A stretch of DNA of 64,000 nt, from contig CAWCAG010000009.1 of the NCBI GenBank assembly GCA_963793425.1, positions 864,001 through 928,000 on the forward strand, in the 5' to 3' direction. A program made the translations under genes and the position numbers. This document shows positions 31,170 through 43,300 of the stretch, piece by piece. The stretch comes from an uncultured cyanobacterium (GTDB lineage Bacteria; Cyanobacteriota; Cyanobacteriia; Cyanobacteriales; CAWCAG01). Each line of letters starts with the position of its first letter. Positions within the stretch are counted from its first letter, which is position 1. A model generated the notes under the pieces. That model was given only the letters and a program-made list of their open reading frames with translations. It did not search any database and was not told where the DNA came from.

Positions 31170-32342
31170 CTAGTTAAGCAACTGTTGCAACCTTTGCTGC
31201 AAAGCGGTGTAATTAAACTTAGCTAAAGATTGCGATCGCAACCACACACCGTTACAGCGTTGGTCATCTCCCCGCAATATCTCTAAACAAGCTTGTGCCA
31301 CAGCTTCTGGATTTCTGTGGGGGACTTGCCAGCCTAAATGCCCATCTTGTAAAGGATCTGCCGAACCATCCCTATCCCCAGAAAGGACAGGAATACCACA
31401 AGCCATTGCTTCTAAATAAACAATACCAAAACCTTCTTGAGAAGGCATAATATAAGCATCAGCCACTCGGTAATGTTCTACTAATTCTTCGGTAGGGACG
31501 AAACCAGCAAAAATTACTCGCTCTGCTACCCCCAAATCTTCAGCTAACTTTGCTAGCCGAGGCTGATCATCGCCACGTCCAATCACTAAATATTTTACTT
31601 GAGGGAATTCTGCAATAATCTTGGGTAAGGCACGGATGGTAACATCAACCCCCTTATAAATATCCCCAGACCATAACCTCGCTACAGTCATTAGTACCTG
31701 AGCATTTTCTAAACCATACCTTGTAATTAGCTTTGGGGATTTTGCTCCTGGGGTAAAAACTTCCCCATCAATGGCACAGTAGAGAAATTTCACTTGTTGG
31801 GGGTCAATCTCATTAGCTTCGCAGAGGCGATCGCGACTGTAGCGGCTAATCGTCCAAATTTCTGCGGCTTGTTGCAAGGCACGTTTTTGGTTAGGGGGCA
31901 AAGGTTCCCAAACTTCTTTGCCGTAGGTCAATACAGTATAGGGAATACCTTTAAATTTGCATAATAGCTGGATTAAAGGTGCAAGGTTAATATGACCACA
32001 AAAAACTCGTTGAGGCTGATTTCGCCAAAAAAAAGTAACTAAGGAAGCGATTAAATTCAACCTTTCTCGCCAAGGAGAAGCCCCTTTAAGATAATGAAAC
32101 TTGATCCCACTCTCTTTCTCTTCTAAAGGATTATCATCCTCAGAACTATCCCGGAGTAAAAATACTTCTCCTCGTCGAGAAGGGCTTAAACTTAGATAAG
32201 CTTGTAAAATATCCTTGACATAGGATTGAATTCCTCCTTCTTGGGAGAAAATCTTAAGGAAGACAAAAACATCATTTACTTTTACTTCAACGTTTTGAGC
32301 CACAACTTGAAGATTTACCGGAGAAGAACTATTTTTGAGCAT
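31170..32342 (-). CDS. glycosyltransferase family 4
   Basis: GGIQ, YKG, EGFGIVYLEAMACG. Confidence 0.9.
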   Translation of the reverse strand: MLKNSSSPVNLQVVAQNVEVKVNDVFVFLKIFSQEGGIQSYVKDILQAYLSLSPSRRGEVFLLRDSSEDDNPLEEKESGIKFHYLKGASPWRERLNLIASLVTFFWRNQPQRVFCGHINLAPLIQLLCKFKGIPYTVLTYGKEVWEPLPPNQKRALQQAAEIWTISRYSRDRLCEANEIDPQQVKFLYCAIDGEVFTPGAKSPKLITRYGLENAQVLMTVARLWSGDIYKGVDVTIRALPKIIAEFPQVKYLVIGRGDDQPRLAKLAEDLGVAERVIFAGFVPTEELVEHYRVADAYIMPSQEGFGIVYLEAMACGIPVLSGDRDGSADPLQDGHLGWQVPHRNPEAVAQACLEILRGDDQRCNGVWLRSQSLAKFNYTALQQRLQQLLN

Positions 32343-33321
32343 TTACGGGTTGAATTGAACCTGTTTTCAAACGTTCTAAATCTTTGAGAACCATCTTCTT
32401 TATAAGAGCTTCAAAACTAACTTGTGGTTCCCAACGGAGATTTTGTTTAGCTTTGGTGGGGTTAGCAACTAGTTGGAAATGTTCGTCAGGCCGCAGAAAT
32501 TTAGGATTAATTACTACATATTCTTCCCAATTCAAATCTAAACATTGAAAAGCTGCGGCTACTAAATCTTTAACGCTATGGAGTTTCCCCGTACCAATCA
32601 CATAATCTTCTGGTTCATCGGCTTGCAACATACGCCACATCGCATCCACATGATCCCCTGCATAACCCCAATCTCGCTTTGCTTCTAAGCTACCCATTTC
32701 TAAACTAGTACTCAACCCTAACTTAATAGCTGCGGCGGCTAAGGTAACTTTTCTGGTTACGAAAGCCGGGGGACGCAAAGGAGATTCATGGTTAAACAGG
32801 ATACCACTACAAGCAAATAAGCCGTACCTCTGACGGTGGTGTACCATTGTCCAATGGGCATGAACTTTCGCTGCGGCATAGGGATTTTTAGGCCGCATGG
32901 GGGTTTCTTCATCCTGGGGAGAACAGTCTATCTCACCGAACATCTCCGAACTACTAGCTTGATAAAATCTACTAGGAATACCAACTTGCCGAACTGCATT
33001 AAGGAGACGGGTAGCAGTACCTGTAATTAAGTCTAGGGTTCCCAAAGGGTCATCCCAAGAAGCAGGAACAAAACTAGGGGCAGCTAAGTTATAAATTTCA
33101 TTAGGGCGTAGTTGTTCAACAACCTCGTATAAAGCTTGATTGTCAGTCAACTCAGCAGCACAAACATCAATTTTGCTAGCCATTTTCCCCAATTTAGCAA
33201 TGCTTGCTTGCCTTTGGGGAGGGATTAGACCTGCTACCCGATAGCCTTTATCTAAAAGCAAACGACTGAGATAGTAACCGTCTTGACCAGTAATTCCAGT
33301 AATTAATGCTGTTTTTGTCAT
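32329..33321 (-). CDS. gmd: GDP-mannose 4,6-dehydratase
   Basis: GITGQDG, QASSSEMFG, YAAAK, LFNHESP, RDWG. Confidence 0.9.
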   Translation of the reverse strand: MTKTALITGITGQDGYYLSRLLLDKGYRVAGLIPPQRQASIAKLGKMASKIDVCAAELTDNQALYEVVEQLRPNEIYNLAAPSFVPASWDDPLGTLDLITGTATRLLNAVRQVGIPSRFYQASSSEMFGEIDCSPQDEETPMRPKNPYAAAKVHAHWTMVHHRQRYGLFACSGILFNHESPLRPPAFVTRKVTLAAAAIKLGLSTSLEMGSLEAKRDWGYAGDHVDAMWRMLQADEPEDYVIGTGKLHSVKDLVAAAFQCLDLNWEEYVVINPKFLRPDEHFQLVANPTKAKQNLRWEPQVSFEALIKKMVLKDLERLKTGSIQPVNAQK

Positions 33322-33445
33322 GAGAGGAGAGAAAGCAGGGAGTAGGGAGCAGGGGGCAGGGAAGGCATAAGTATTATACTTATTGCCTGTTACCGATTAC
33401 TTGCTGTTGTGCAGCACCATTCACTGTTATAGCATTAGACACAAC

Positions 33446-33504
33446 TAACGCCTGGAATAGCCTTTTTCTACTAGTTGCCGTAAAAAAAGTAATTCCAGGC
33501 GTTA
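33446..33504 (-). terminator. stem-loop downstream of petD
   Basis: TAACGCCTGGAAT...ATTCCAGGCGTTA, 13-bp perfect inverted repeat. Confidence 0.7.
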
Positions 33505-33533
33505 AATTTTTTAAAATTGACTCAATCTTTGTT

Positions 33534-34015
33534 TTAGAACAAACCCAAAGTTAGAGATTCGTCAATGGGGAAGGTTGCACCCGCACCCAACCATAAAGTA
33601 ACTATAGTTCCGAAGAGGAAGACTGCGGTAGCTACAGGACGGCGGAAGGGGTTTTGGAACTTGTTGACGTTCTCAATAAAAGGTATGATCATTAAACCCA
33701 AAGGAATACTAGCTTGAGCCGCAATTCCTAAAAGTTTATTTGGTAGAACGCGCAAAATTTGGAAGGTGGGATATAAATACCACTCAGGAAGAATTTCTAA
33801 AGGAGTAGCAAAAGGATTAGCAGGTTCTCCTATCATAGCAGGATCAAGAACAGCTAAACCGACGCAAAGCCCGATAGTTCCGGCGATGACAATCGGGAAG
33901 ACATAAAGTAAGTCATTGGGCCAAGCAGGTTCGCCATAATAGTTATGACCCATGCCTTTGGCCAATTTGCCCGTAGTTTAGGATCTGTGAGATCCGGCTT
34001 TTTTAAAGTTGACAT
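33534..34015 (-). CDS. petD: cytochrome b6f subunit IV (apparent 1-nt deletion near 33967, likely sequencing error)
   Basis: [16 protein letters not shown] from ATG 34015, then a frame change to [23 protein letters not shown]. Confidence 0.97.
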
Positions 34016-34060
34016 TGTTGTGGGTTTTCTCCTTAATTAACTTTGTTATCGGCAAGCAGT

Positions 34061-34729
34061 TTATAAAGGACCGGAAATACCTTGTTTGCGAATCATCAAG
34101 AAGTGAAACAACATGAAGACAGCAATTAACCAAGGTAAAACGAAGGTGTGAAGGCTATAGAAACGAGTTAAGGTTCCCTGACCAACACTAGTTCCGCCTC
34201 TGAGTAATTCCACCATTGTAGTACCGACTACAGGGATAGCTTCAGGAATACCGGAAACGATTTTAACCGCCCAGTAACCTACTTGGTCCCAAGGCAGAGA
34301 GTAACCAGTTACCCCAAAGGTGACGGTGATTACAGCTAAAATTACACCACTAATCCAGGTTAACTCACGGGGCTTCTTGAAACCGCCGGTGAGATAAACT
34401 CGGAAAGTGTGGAGAATCATCATCAAGACCATCATACTGGCAGACCAGCGATGGACAGAGCGAATCAGCCAACCAAAGTTGACATCATTCATGATGTACT
34501 GTACTGAAGAAAAGGCCTCAGTTACCGTCGGACGGTAATAAAAGGTCATGGCGAAACCAGTGGCAAACTGGATGATGAAGCAAACTAGGGTAATGCCACC
34601 TAAGCAATAAAAGATATTGACATGGGGTGGTACATACTTGCTAGTGATGTCTTCATCGAGGGCCTGTAATTCTAGGCGTTCGTCGAACCATTTAAATGGT
34701 TTGGTGTTCGTTACTTGTTTAGAGAACAT
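34061..34729 (-). CDS. petB: cytochrome b6
   Basis: [32 protein letters not shown]. Confidence 0.98.
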   Translation of the reverse strand: MFSKQVTNTKPFKWFDERLELQALDEDITSKYVPPHVNIFYCLGGITLVCFIIQFATGFAMTFYYRPTVTEAFSSVQYIMNDVNFGWLIRSVHRWSASMMVLMMILHTFRVYLTGGFKKPRELTWISGVILAVITVTFGVTGYSLPWDQVGYWAVKIVSGIPEAIPVVGTTMVELLRGGTSVGQGTLTRFYSLHTFVLPWLIAVFMLFHFLMIRKQGISGPL

Positions 34730-34939
34730 TTGTGAGTTTTAAGACTAAAACATTTAGGAGGAATATAAGAGCATAGAGGAAAGATAACAGTTCTATGCTT
34801 TGATTAAAACTTGTTTTACCTCTTTACTTATCGTAACAAAATTCTCAGCTAGGATCGCTTTCCTAACTGGATAATCACTTAATTATCTATAATTTTGTAC
34901 ATTTAAAGTACTGTTAATAAAAAAGTTATTTTACTACCT

Positions 34940-36220
34940 ATGCCGAAAAGCTCGTTTTGGGTCAAAATCCTGCTTATTGTCTCTGTGATTTGTGCTAATT
35001 TCTGGTGGATGCCCAGTGCTTCTGCTTTTAGTGATGACCAGAAGTTATTCTTACAATCTTGGCGCATTGTTAATCAATCTTATATTGATGATACTTTCAA
35101 TCACCAAAATTGGTGGTTTTTGCGTCAGAAGTATTTAAAGCAGAGATTTGAGCAGCGAGAAGATGCCTATACTGCTATTGAAGAGATGCTGGCTAGTCTT
35201 GATGATCCTTTTACCAGATTATTGCGGCCAGAGCAGTATCGTAGTTTGCAAGTGAATACTTCAGGAGAATTATCAGGAGTTGGCTTGCAAATTGACCTTA
35301 ATTCAGAAACAGGGGTTTTGCAAGTAATCTCTCCCATTGCGGGTTCTCCAGCCGAAGAAGCGGGGATTCAAGCTAAAGATACTATTTTGGCTATTAATGG
35401 GGCGAGGACTGCTAATTTCACCCTAGATGAAGCAGCTATGGCGATGCGAGGAAAGATTGGTACGAAAGTAACTTTAACGATCCAATCTCCTGAAAAGCAA
35501 ACAAGTAGAAATGTGGAAATTATCCGCGATCGCATTGCCCTTAATCCTGTTTCTACTAAGTTAGATAATAGCCATGAAGAACTCCCTGTTGGTTATATTC
35601 GTCTCAATCAATTTAGCGCCAATGCCACCCAAGAATTAGCTAAGGCGATCGCGGATTTAGATGGGCAAGGGGCAGATGCTTACTTATTAGATTTGCGTAA
35701 CAATCCGGGGGGACTATTACAAGCAGGTATTGAAATTGCTCGTCTTTGGTTAGATGATGGCACTGTGGTTTATACCGTCAATCGCCAAGGAATGCTGGAT
35801 AGTTTCGCGGCACAGGGTTCTGCCCTTACTGATGAACCATTAGTTCTTTTGGTTAATCAAGGTACAGCCAGTGCCAGTGAAATTCTTGCTGGTGCTTTGC
35901 AAGATAACGGTAGGGCGAAGCTAGTGGGGGAGAAAACTTTTGGTAAGGGTTTGATTCAATCTTTATTTGAACTTCCTGATGGTTCGGGAATAGCCGTAAC
36001 CGTAGCCAAGTACGAAACTCCTAACCATACCGATATTAATAAGCAAGGCATTGCACCGGATCTCGTTGTTTCTCAAGAACCCATCACCTACAAACAAATT
36101 GGTACAGAAGCTGATCTGCAATACCACCAAGCAGTAGAATTATTAACTACTGGTAAAGTAATTAATAGAAGCCAACTAGCAATTGGCACAGAGCAAGAAA
36201 AGCTGATAACTGATCATTAA
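34940..36220 (+). CDS. ctpA: carboxyl-terminal processing protease
   Basis: PDZ domain, DLRNNPGG, TASASEI, GKGLIQ; divergent from petB. Confidence 0.9.
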   Translation: MPKSSFWVKILLIVSVICANFWWMPSASAFSDDQKLFLQSWRIVNQSYIDDTFNHQNWWFLRQKYLKQRFEQREDAYTAIEEMLASLDDPFTRLLRPEQYRSLQVNTSGELSGVGLQIDLNSETGVLQVISPIAGSPAEEAGIQAKDTILAINGARTANFTLDEAAMAMRGKIGTKVTLTIQSPEKQTSRNVEIIRDRIALNPVSTKLDNSHEELPVGYIRLNQFSANATQELAKAIADLDGQGADAYLLDLRNNPGGLLQAGIEIARLWLDDGTVVYTVNRQGMLDSFAAQGSALTDEPLVLLVNQGTASASEILAGALQDNGRAKLVGEKTFGKGLIQSLFELPDGSGIAVTVAKYETPNHTDINKQGIAPDLVVSQEPITYKQIGTEADLQYHQAVELLTTGKVINRSQLAIGTEQEKLITDH

Positions 36221-36245
36221 TCATTGATAACTGATAATTGATAAT

Positions 36246-36632
36246 ATGTTTGCTGGAAAAAGACCAAATCAATTAGGGGTGCGCGACGGTAAACTAACTC
36301 CTTGCCCTGGTACACCTAACTGCGTTAACTCTCAAAGCGATCGCCCCCAAGAGGAAATCCCACCTCTTGCCTACGATTCAACTCCAGAAGTGGCTATGGC
36401 GAAGTTGAAAGGAGTTGTGGAAGGGATGGAGAGGACAAAAATTGTCGAAGAAAGTTCTCATTATCTCTATGCTGAATTTACGAGCAAGTTAATGGGGTTT
36501 GTGGATGATGTTGAATTTCATCTCAACGAAGCAACAAAAGTAATTGATGTTCGTTCTGCTTCTCGCTTAGGAAAGTCAGATTTAGGGGTTAATCGTCAGC
36601 GTGTAGAAGAAATTCGAGAAAAGTTTGAGTGA
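36246..36632 (+). CDS. DUF1499 family protein
   Basis: CPGTPNCV, FVDDVEF, RSASRLGKSDLGVNR. Confidence 0.9.
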   Translation: MFAGKRPNQLGVRDGKLTPCPGTPNCVNSQSDRPQEEIPPLAYDSTPEVAMAKLKGVVEGMERTKIVEESSHYLYAEFTSKLMGFVDDVEFHLNEATKVIDVRSASRLGKSDLGVNRQRVEEIREKFE

Positions 36633-37129
36633 TTCCCTGAAATAGGAGTTATTCACAGAAATGCTGTTTATTTCTACCCAGCAATCAACTGTAGTAGCTC
36701 CTTTACTGAGTGACGGGTGACTAGGAGAATGTTTGAATGCACATCAGCTAGGAAGTTTTTGCAACCGTATTTTAGCTGAAGAGAAAAGAGCTTTGTTATT
36801 GAAGAAAATAGTGATAATTACTTGAGCAACTCTGAAGGTATTTTCAAGAAATAGTATCATCCCCCTTAACAGAGAATTTGAAACCAATTACAGTTTTATT
36901 ACAGTGTCCCTGATGGGTTTTGTGAAGTTTTGTAATAAAAATTGGCTTGTTGCATAATATCGAGTGTTTTTCCCTGAGAAGACTTTAGTGGGAGTTCTGA
37001 ATCGCTCTTTTTGAGTAAGTCAGTTTTTTCACTGTGACTAACCATATCTCTGCTTTCTGGAGTTTATGGGATGGGTTTCACTTTGGCGATATTTGTTTAT
37101 TTTTTCTATTCTAACCAGGGGAATTGATT

Positions 37130-37261
37130 ATGGATTTGCTTAATACTGAGTCTCAAGTTTTTGGTTTGGAAGATTGGTTGAGTAAGGATGCTTTTAGCAA
37201 TTTGTTAGAGGTTGTTGGTGATTTTTTTGAGAGTACAGATGTTGCGGAAACTATTTTATAA
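37130..37261 (+). CDS. putative 43-aa acidic small protein upstream of the RTX gene
   Basis: AGGGG RBS-like sequence then MDLLNTESQVFGLEDWLSKDAFSNLLEVVGDFFESTDVAETIL*. Confidence 0.35.
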   Translation: MDLLNTESQVFGLEDWLSKDAFSNLLEVVGDFFESTDVAETIL

Positions 37262-37314
37262 AGCAATCTTTTCAAGAAGAACACCAGAAACATAATTAAC
37301 GAAGTAAATAACTT

Positions 37315-40300
37315 ATGAGTAGTCCAAATGTTAGTCCAATTCTTAGCGGAAAGTTATGGAATTCAAATTCGATAACTTATAGCTTCATCACAGATGAGTC
37401 AAAGGATCTCTACGAACATAAAACAAAAAACAGGAAGATTGTTGCACAATCAGTTACTTCTGATGTAGTTGATTTTGTTGAAGATATATTTGAAAAAGTA
37501 TTCGAGCCATTTATTAATCTTGACTTTAGCAAGGAAGAAGAAATTGTTGAAGATACAACTTTTGGTTTCTTACCATTAGTTCCTGAAAAAAAGCTAACTA
37601 ATGCGGGAATTATCAGAATCATGTTCGACAACGACATGACTGCACCAGGAGCCGCATTCTATCCCGGCGATACTAGCTACAAGAGTAAGTATGGAGATAT
37701 ATTCCTCAATCCTTTAGAAGATTTTTCTCTCGGACCTTCTAGCGAAAGATATAAAACGCTTATTCACGAAATAGGCCACGCTTTGGGATTACAACATCCT
37801 CATAAGGGCGGAATGGCAACTTCAGAAGATAATGGTTCCAATACTGTGATGAGTTATAACCATACTTCTCCCTATTATCCAATATCTTTAATGCCCTACG
37901 ATATGTTTGCATTGCAGACATTATATGGAGCTAAGGGCAAGTATGGTGGCAATGAAGAGACGATATATAAATTTCGCTCAGTTTTTGAATATTCTGTTGA
38001 TGGGACTGACTATTACAAGTTTAGTACTGATTCGTCTAAAGAATCTGCTAGTCCATCCAAAAATACTTTGTGGGATAGTGGAGGTGATAGTGATGTTTTA
38101 AATCTCTCTTTTCTCAAACCCGAATCAATTCCAGTAAGTGGATTTCACTACTATTTCAACATAAACCCTGGCGGAGTTATTACCACAGCCAAGTCCTATT
38201 ATGTAGGTAAAAGCTATGACCCCGTTGATTCTACGGGCGAAGGGGATTCTAGTTTACCGGAGGAAAAAGCGATCTCCTATGGAACTTTTCTTGCTTACAG
38301 CATTGGTGAGTTCGATGCAACTATAGAAAACTTAATTGGTTCTAAAGGAAATGACGAAATCATCGGGAACTATAAGAGCAACGATATTAAAGGTGGCTCT
38401 GGTAACGACACCATCTATGGTCAAGCTGGAGAAGACACTCTCGTTGGTGGTGATGGCAGCGACACTATTTATGGTGGAACAGAGGACAATTCCAGAGATG
38501 AAATTGATGGCGGTTCAGGCATAGACTACCTACATGGTGAAACAGGTAACGACTATATAGAAGGAGGAACAGAAGGTGATTTTCTCTATGGTGGCCCTGA
38601 CGATGATCAACTGAGAGGTGATAGTGGAGATGACCTTATTAACGGAGAAGATGGTTTTGATACAGTCATTTACTTCAATTCTCCTAACGGTGTCATTGTC
38701 AACATTGATCAAGCTAACAGCTATGGTCACAACAGGACTGCTCGGTATAATCAAGAAGTTAGTGCTATCAATCCTGACGGGTATTATCGAGATTTAGAGA
38801 GAAGCTTCAGTATCAATGCTGGAAAAGCGATTGATGGTTTTGACAACACAGACACTCTGCAAGATATAGAAGGTATCACTGGCTCCGAATACAGTGATAT
38901 TCTTATAGGCAATACTGCAAATAATACAGTTAGTGCGCTGGGTGGAGATGACTTAGTTTTCGGTACAGTTGGAAATGATAGTCTTTATGGAGGAAGTGGT
39001 ACTGACACTATTAGCTATCGTCGTGCTTCATCAGGAGTCAATGTTGATTTATTTATTATTCCATTTGCTAATGGTGGTCAAGCTTTTAGTGATGGTGAAG
39101 GTGGCACAGACATCCTCATTAACTTTGAAAATATTGTTGGCTCAGAACATAACGATACCCTAATAGGAAATTTAGGAAGCAATGTTATCACAGGCGGAAA
39201 CGGTGTTGATGTTATTAATGGTGATGCAGGAAATGACTTTCTCTATGGGGAACGTGGTAACGACACTATTATCGGTGGACTAGGCGAAGATACAATTTAT
39301 GGCAATCAAGGTGTAGACACCATTTGGGGAGACTTAGAAGGTGATGCTGACTCTGGTTTTGCTGATACTATTCGCGGTGGTGACGGAGACGACATAATCC
39401 ATGCTGGCGGTGCTGATGACTGGGTTAAAGGTGATAGCGGCTACGGTGATGACCAAATTTGGGGAGATGCAGGTAACGATCTTCTAGAAGGCGGTGTTGG
39501 AAATGACGCTATCTGGGGAGGTACAGGGGAAGACTTCATCTATGGTCAAGATGATAATGACACCATCTACGGAGAATCTGGGGAAGACTACATTGAAGGC
39601 AATGCTGGTAATGACTTCATCAACGGTAACGATGGGGATGATACCATTTCCGGTAATCAAGACGATGACACTATTTATGGTGACAGTGGGAATGACAATA
39701 TAACTGGAGATGATGGTCAAGACTACATTGAAGGAAATCTAGGGGAAGATATTATCTCCGGTGGAAATGATAACGATGAAATCTACGGTAATGAAGGAAA
39801 TGACCTCATCAATGGTGATGCTGGAGATGACACTATCGCTGGTAATCAAGACAACGACACTATTTACGGTGACGATGGCGACGATAATATAACTGGCGAT
39901 GATGGTCAAGACTATATCGAAGGTAACTTAGGTGAAGATATTATCTCTGGAGGTAATGACAACGACGAAATTTACGGCAATGAAGGGGATGACCTGATTA
40001 ATGGTGATGCTGGAGATGACACTATTGCTGGTAATCAAGACAACGACATTATTTACGGTGACGATGGCGACGATAATATAACTGGCGATGATGGTCAAGA
40101 CTATATCGAAGGTAACTTAGGTGAAGATATTATCTCTGGAGGTAATGACAACGACGAAATCTATGGCAACGAAGGTAACGACCTGATTAATGGTGGTGCT
40201 GGAAATGACACTATTTTTGGTAATCAAGACAACGACACCATTTACGGTGACGATGGTAATGACAACATTAGCGGTAACGATGGTCAGGATTACATCGAAG

Positions 40301-43300
40301 GTAATCTAGGGGAAGATATTATCTCTGGTGGTAACGACAATGATGAAATCTACGGCAATGAAGGTGAAGACCTCATCAACGGCAACAACGGAGATGACCA
40401 AATCTCAGGAAACGAAGATAACGACACCATTTACGGTGACGACGGCGAAGACAATATAACTGGTGATGATGGTCAAGACTATATTGAAGGTAACTTAGGA
40501 GATGACACAATCTCCGGTGGTAACGATAACGATGAAATCCTTGGTAATGAAGGTAATGACCTGATTAACGGCGATGCCGGAGACGACACTATTTACGGCA
40601 ACGAAGATGATGACGAAATTTATGGAGATGACGGGCAAGACTACATCGAAGGAAACTTAGGCAAAGACAACATCTCCGGTGGTAACGACAACGACGAAAT
40701 CTACGGCAACGAAGGTGACGACCTTATCAACGGTAATGCTGGAGATGATACCATCGCTGGTAACGAAGACAATGATGAAATCTACGGCAACGAAGGCAAT
40801 GACCTCATTAATGGTGATGCCGGAGATGACACTATTTACGGTAATGAAGATGATGATGAAATCTACGGTGATGATGGTAATGACAATATTAGCGGTAACG
40901 ATGGTCAAGACTACATTGAAGGAAACTTAGGTGAAGATACTATCTCTGGAGGTAACGACAACGACGAAATCTACGGCAATGAAGGCAATGACCTCATTAA
41001 TGGTGATGCCGGAGATGACACTATTTACGGCAATGGAGATGATGACGAAATCTACGGTGATGATGGTCAAGATTACATTGAAGGAAACTTAGGCAAAGAC
41101 AACATTTCTGGAGGTAATGACAACGATGAAATCTTTGGTAATGAAGGTAATGACCTGATTAACGGCGATGCTGGAAATGACACTATTTACGGTAACGAAG
41201 ACGACGATGAAATTTATGGAGATGACGGGCAAGACTACATCGAAGGAAACTTAGGAAATGACACCATCTCCGGTGGCAACGATAACGACGAAATCTATGG
41301 CAACGAAGGTGACGACCTCATCAATGGTAATGCTGGTGATGACACTATCGCTGGTAATGAAGACAACGATGAAATCTACGGCAACGAAGGTAACGACCTC
41401 ATCAACGGTAACGATGGAGATGACCAAATCTCAGGAAACGAAGACAACGACACCATTTACGGTGATGACGGCAATGACAACATAACTGGTGATGATGGTC
41501 AAGACTATATTGAAGGTAACTTAGGAGATGACACCATCTCCGGCGGTAACGATAACGATGAAATCTTTGGTAACGAAGGTGATGACCTTATCAACGGTGA
41601 CAATGGAGATGACACCATTGCTGGAAATCAAGACAACGACACCATTTACGGTGATGATGGCAATGACAATATAACTGGCGATGATGGTCAAGACTATATT
41701 GAAGGGAACTTAGGAGATGACACTATCTCTGGCGGTAACGATAACGACGAAATCTTTGGTAATAAAGGTGAAGACCTCATCAACGGTAACGACGGTGATG
41801 ACACTATTGCCGGAAACCAAGACAATGACACCATTTACGGTGACGGCGGTGACGACACCATAACCGGAGATTCTGGTCAAGACTACATCGAAGGTAACAA
41901 CGGCGATGACACTATTTCCGGTGGTGACGATAACGATGAAATCTACGGCAATCAAGGGGAAGACATCATCAATGGTAACGACGGTGATGACATTATTGCC
42001 GGAAACCAAGACAACGATACTATTTATGGTGATGATGGCGACGACAATATAACTGGAGATAATGGTCGAGATTACATCGAAGGTAACGACGGTAATGACA
42101 ACATTTCTGGTGGCAGGGATGGAGACACCATCTTAGGTGGTCAAGGAGAAGATAACATTACTGGTGATGGCGGCGATGACACCATCAACGGTAACTCTGG
42201 AGACGATATTATCTCCGGCGGACTCAACAACGACACCATATTTGGTGATGAAGGTGAAGATTACATTGACGCTGGTGCAGGTAATGACTTTGCTGATGGC
42301 GGCGACGGTATTGACTTAATTTACGGTCGTGAAGGTGAAGATACCCTTGATGGCGGTGCTGGAGATGATCAAATCTTTGGTGAAGCGGGCAATGATACCC
42401 TCCTTGGTTCAGAGGGTCAAGACTATTTCGATGGTGATATCGGCAGCGACTATCTTGATGGCGGTAATGACGATGACCAAATGTTTGGTCGAGAAGGAAA
42501 TGACTACCTCTACGGCGGCGCAGGCAATGACAATCTTGATGCTGCTGAAGGAAATGACGAACTGTTCGGTGGTGATGGTAACGACAACCTCAATGCTGGT
42601 AATGGCAACGACATCCTCTCCGGTGGCAATGGCAACGATAACCTTGATGCGGGAACTGGAGAAGACTATCTCGAAGGGGGTACAGGCAATGACATCCTTA
42701 ATGCTGGTGCAGGAGATGATGTAGCAGAAGGTGGCGACGGTGATGACCAGATTGAAGGTGGTGACGGTAGTGACTACCTCAATGGTGGTGGAGGTGATGA
42801 TAATATTGCCGCAGGTGCAGGAGATGATCTTCTCCTGGGTGGTGCAGGCAACGACACCATGGCAGGCGATGATGGGGATGATGAACTCTATGGCGGCGAA
42901 GGTAACGACTCCCTTGATGGTGGTAATGGTGATGATATCCTTGATGCCGGAGAAGGCAACGACTCCTTAATTGGTGGGGCAGGAGATGATGAACTCTATG
43001 GTGGTGATGGTGACGACTTCCTTGATGGAGGAGATGGCAGCGACTTCATTGATGGTGGTGCAGGAGTTGACCAAGTTACCTTTGCTACCTCAACCGTAGG
43101 AGTTCGCATTAACCTTGATGACGAAAATAGCTACGAATACCATGACTACGAATATTGTGACAACGACTGCGACATTGAAGTTGCCAATCCTGAACCAAGA
43201 TTTGCCCTAGATCCTGGTGAAGTTTATGATGAAATGGATGCCAGCGACACCCTGGTTAACATTGAAGACATTATTGCCTCCAACCAAGATGATGTCATGA

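Noticed and set aside
33534..34015. petD as a pseudogene or shortened gene
   Set aside because: Both parts are fully conserved and differ by a 1-nt homopolymer deletion; most likely a sequencing error
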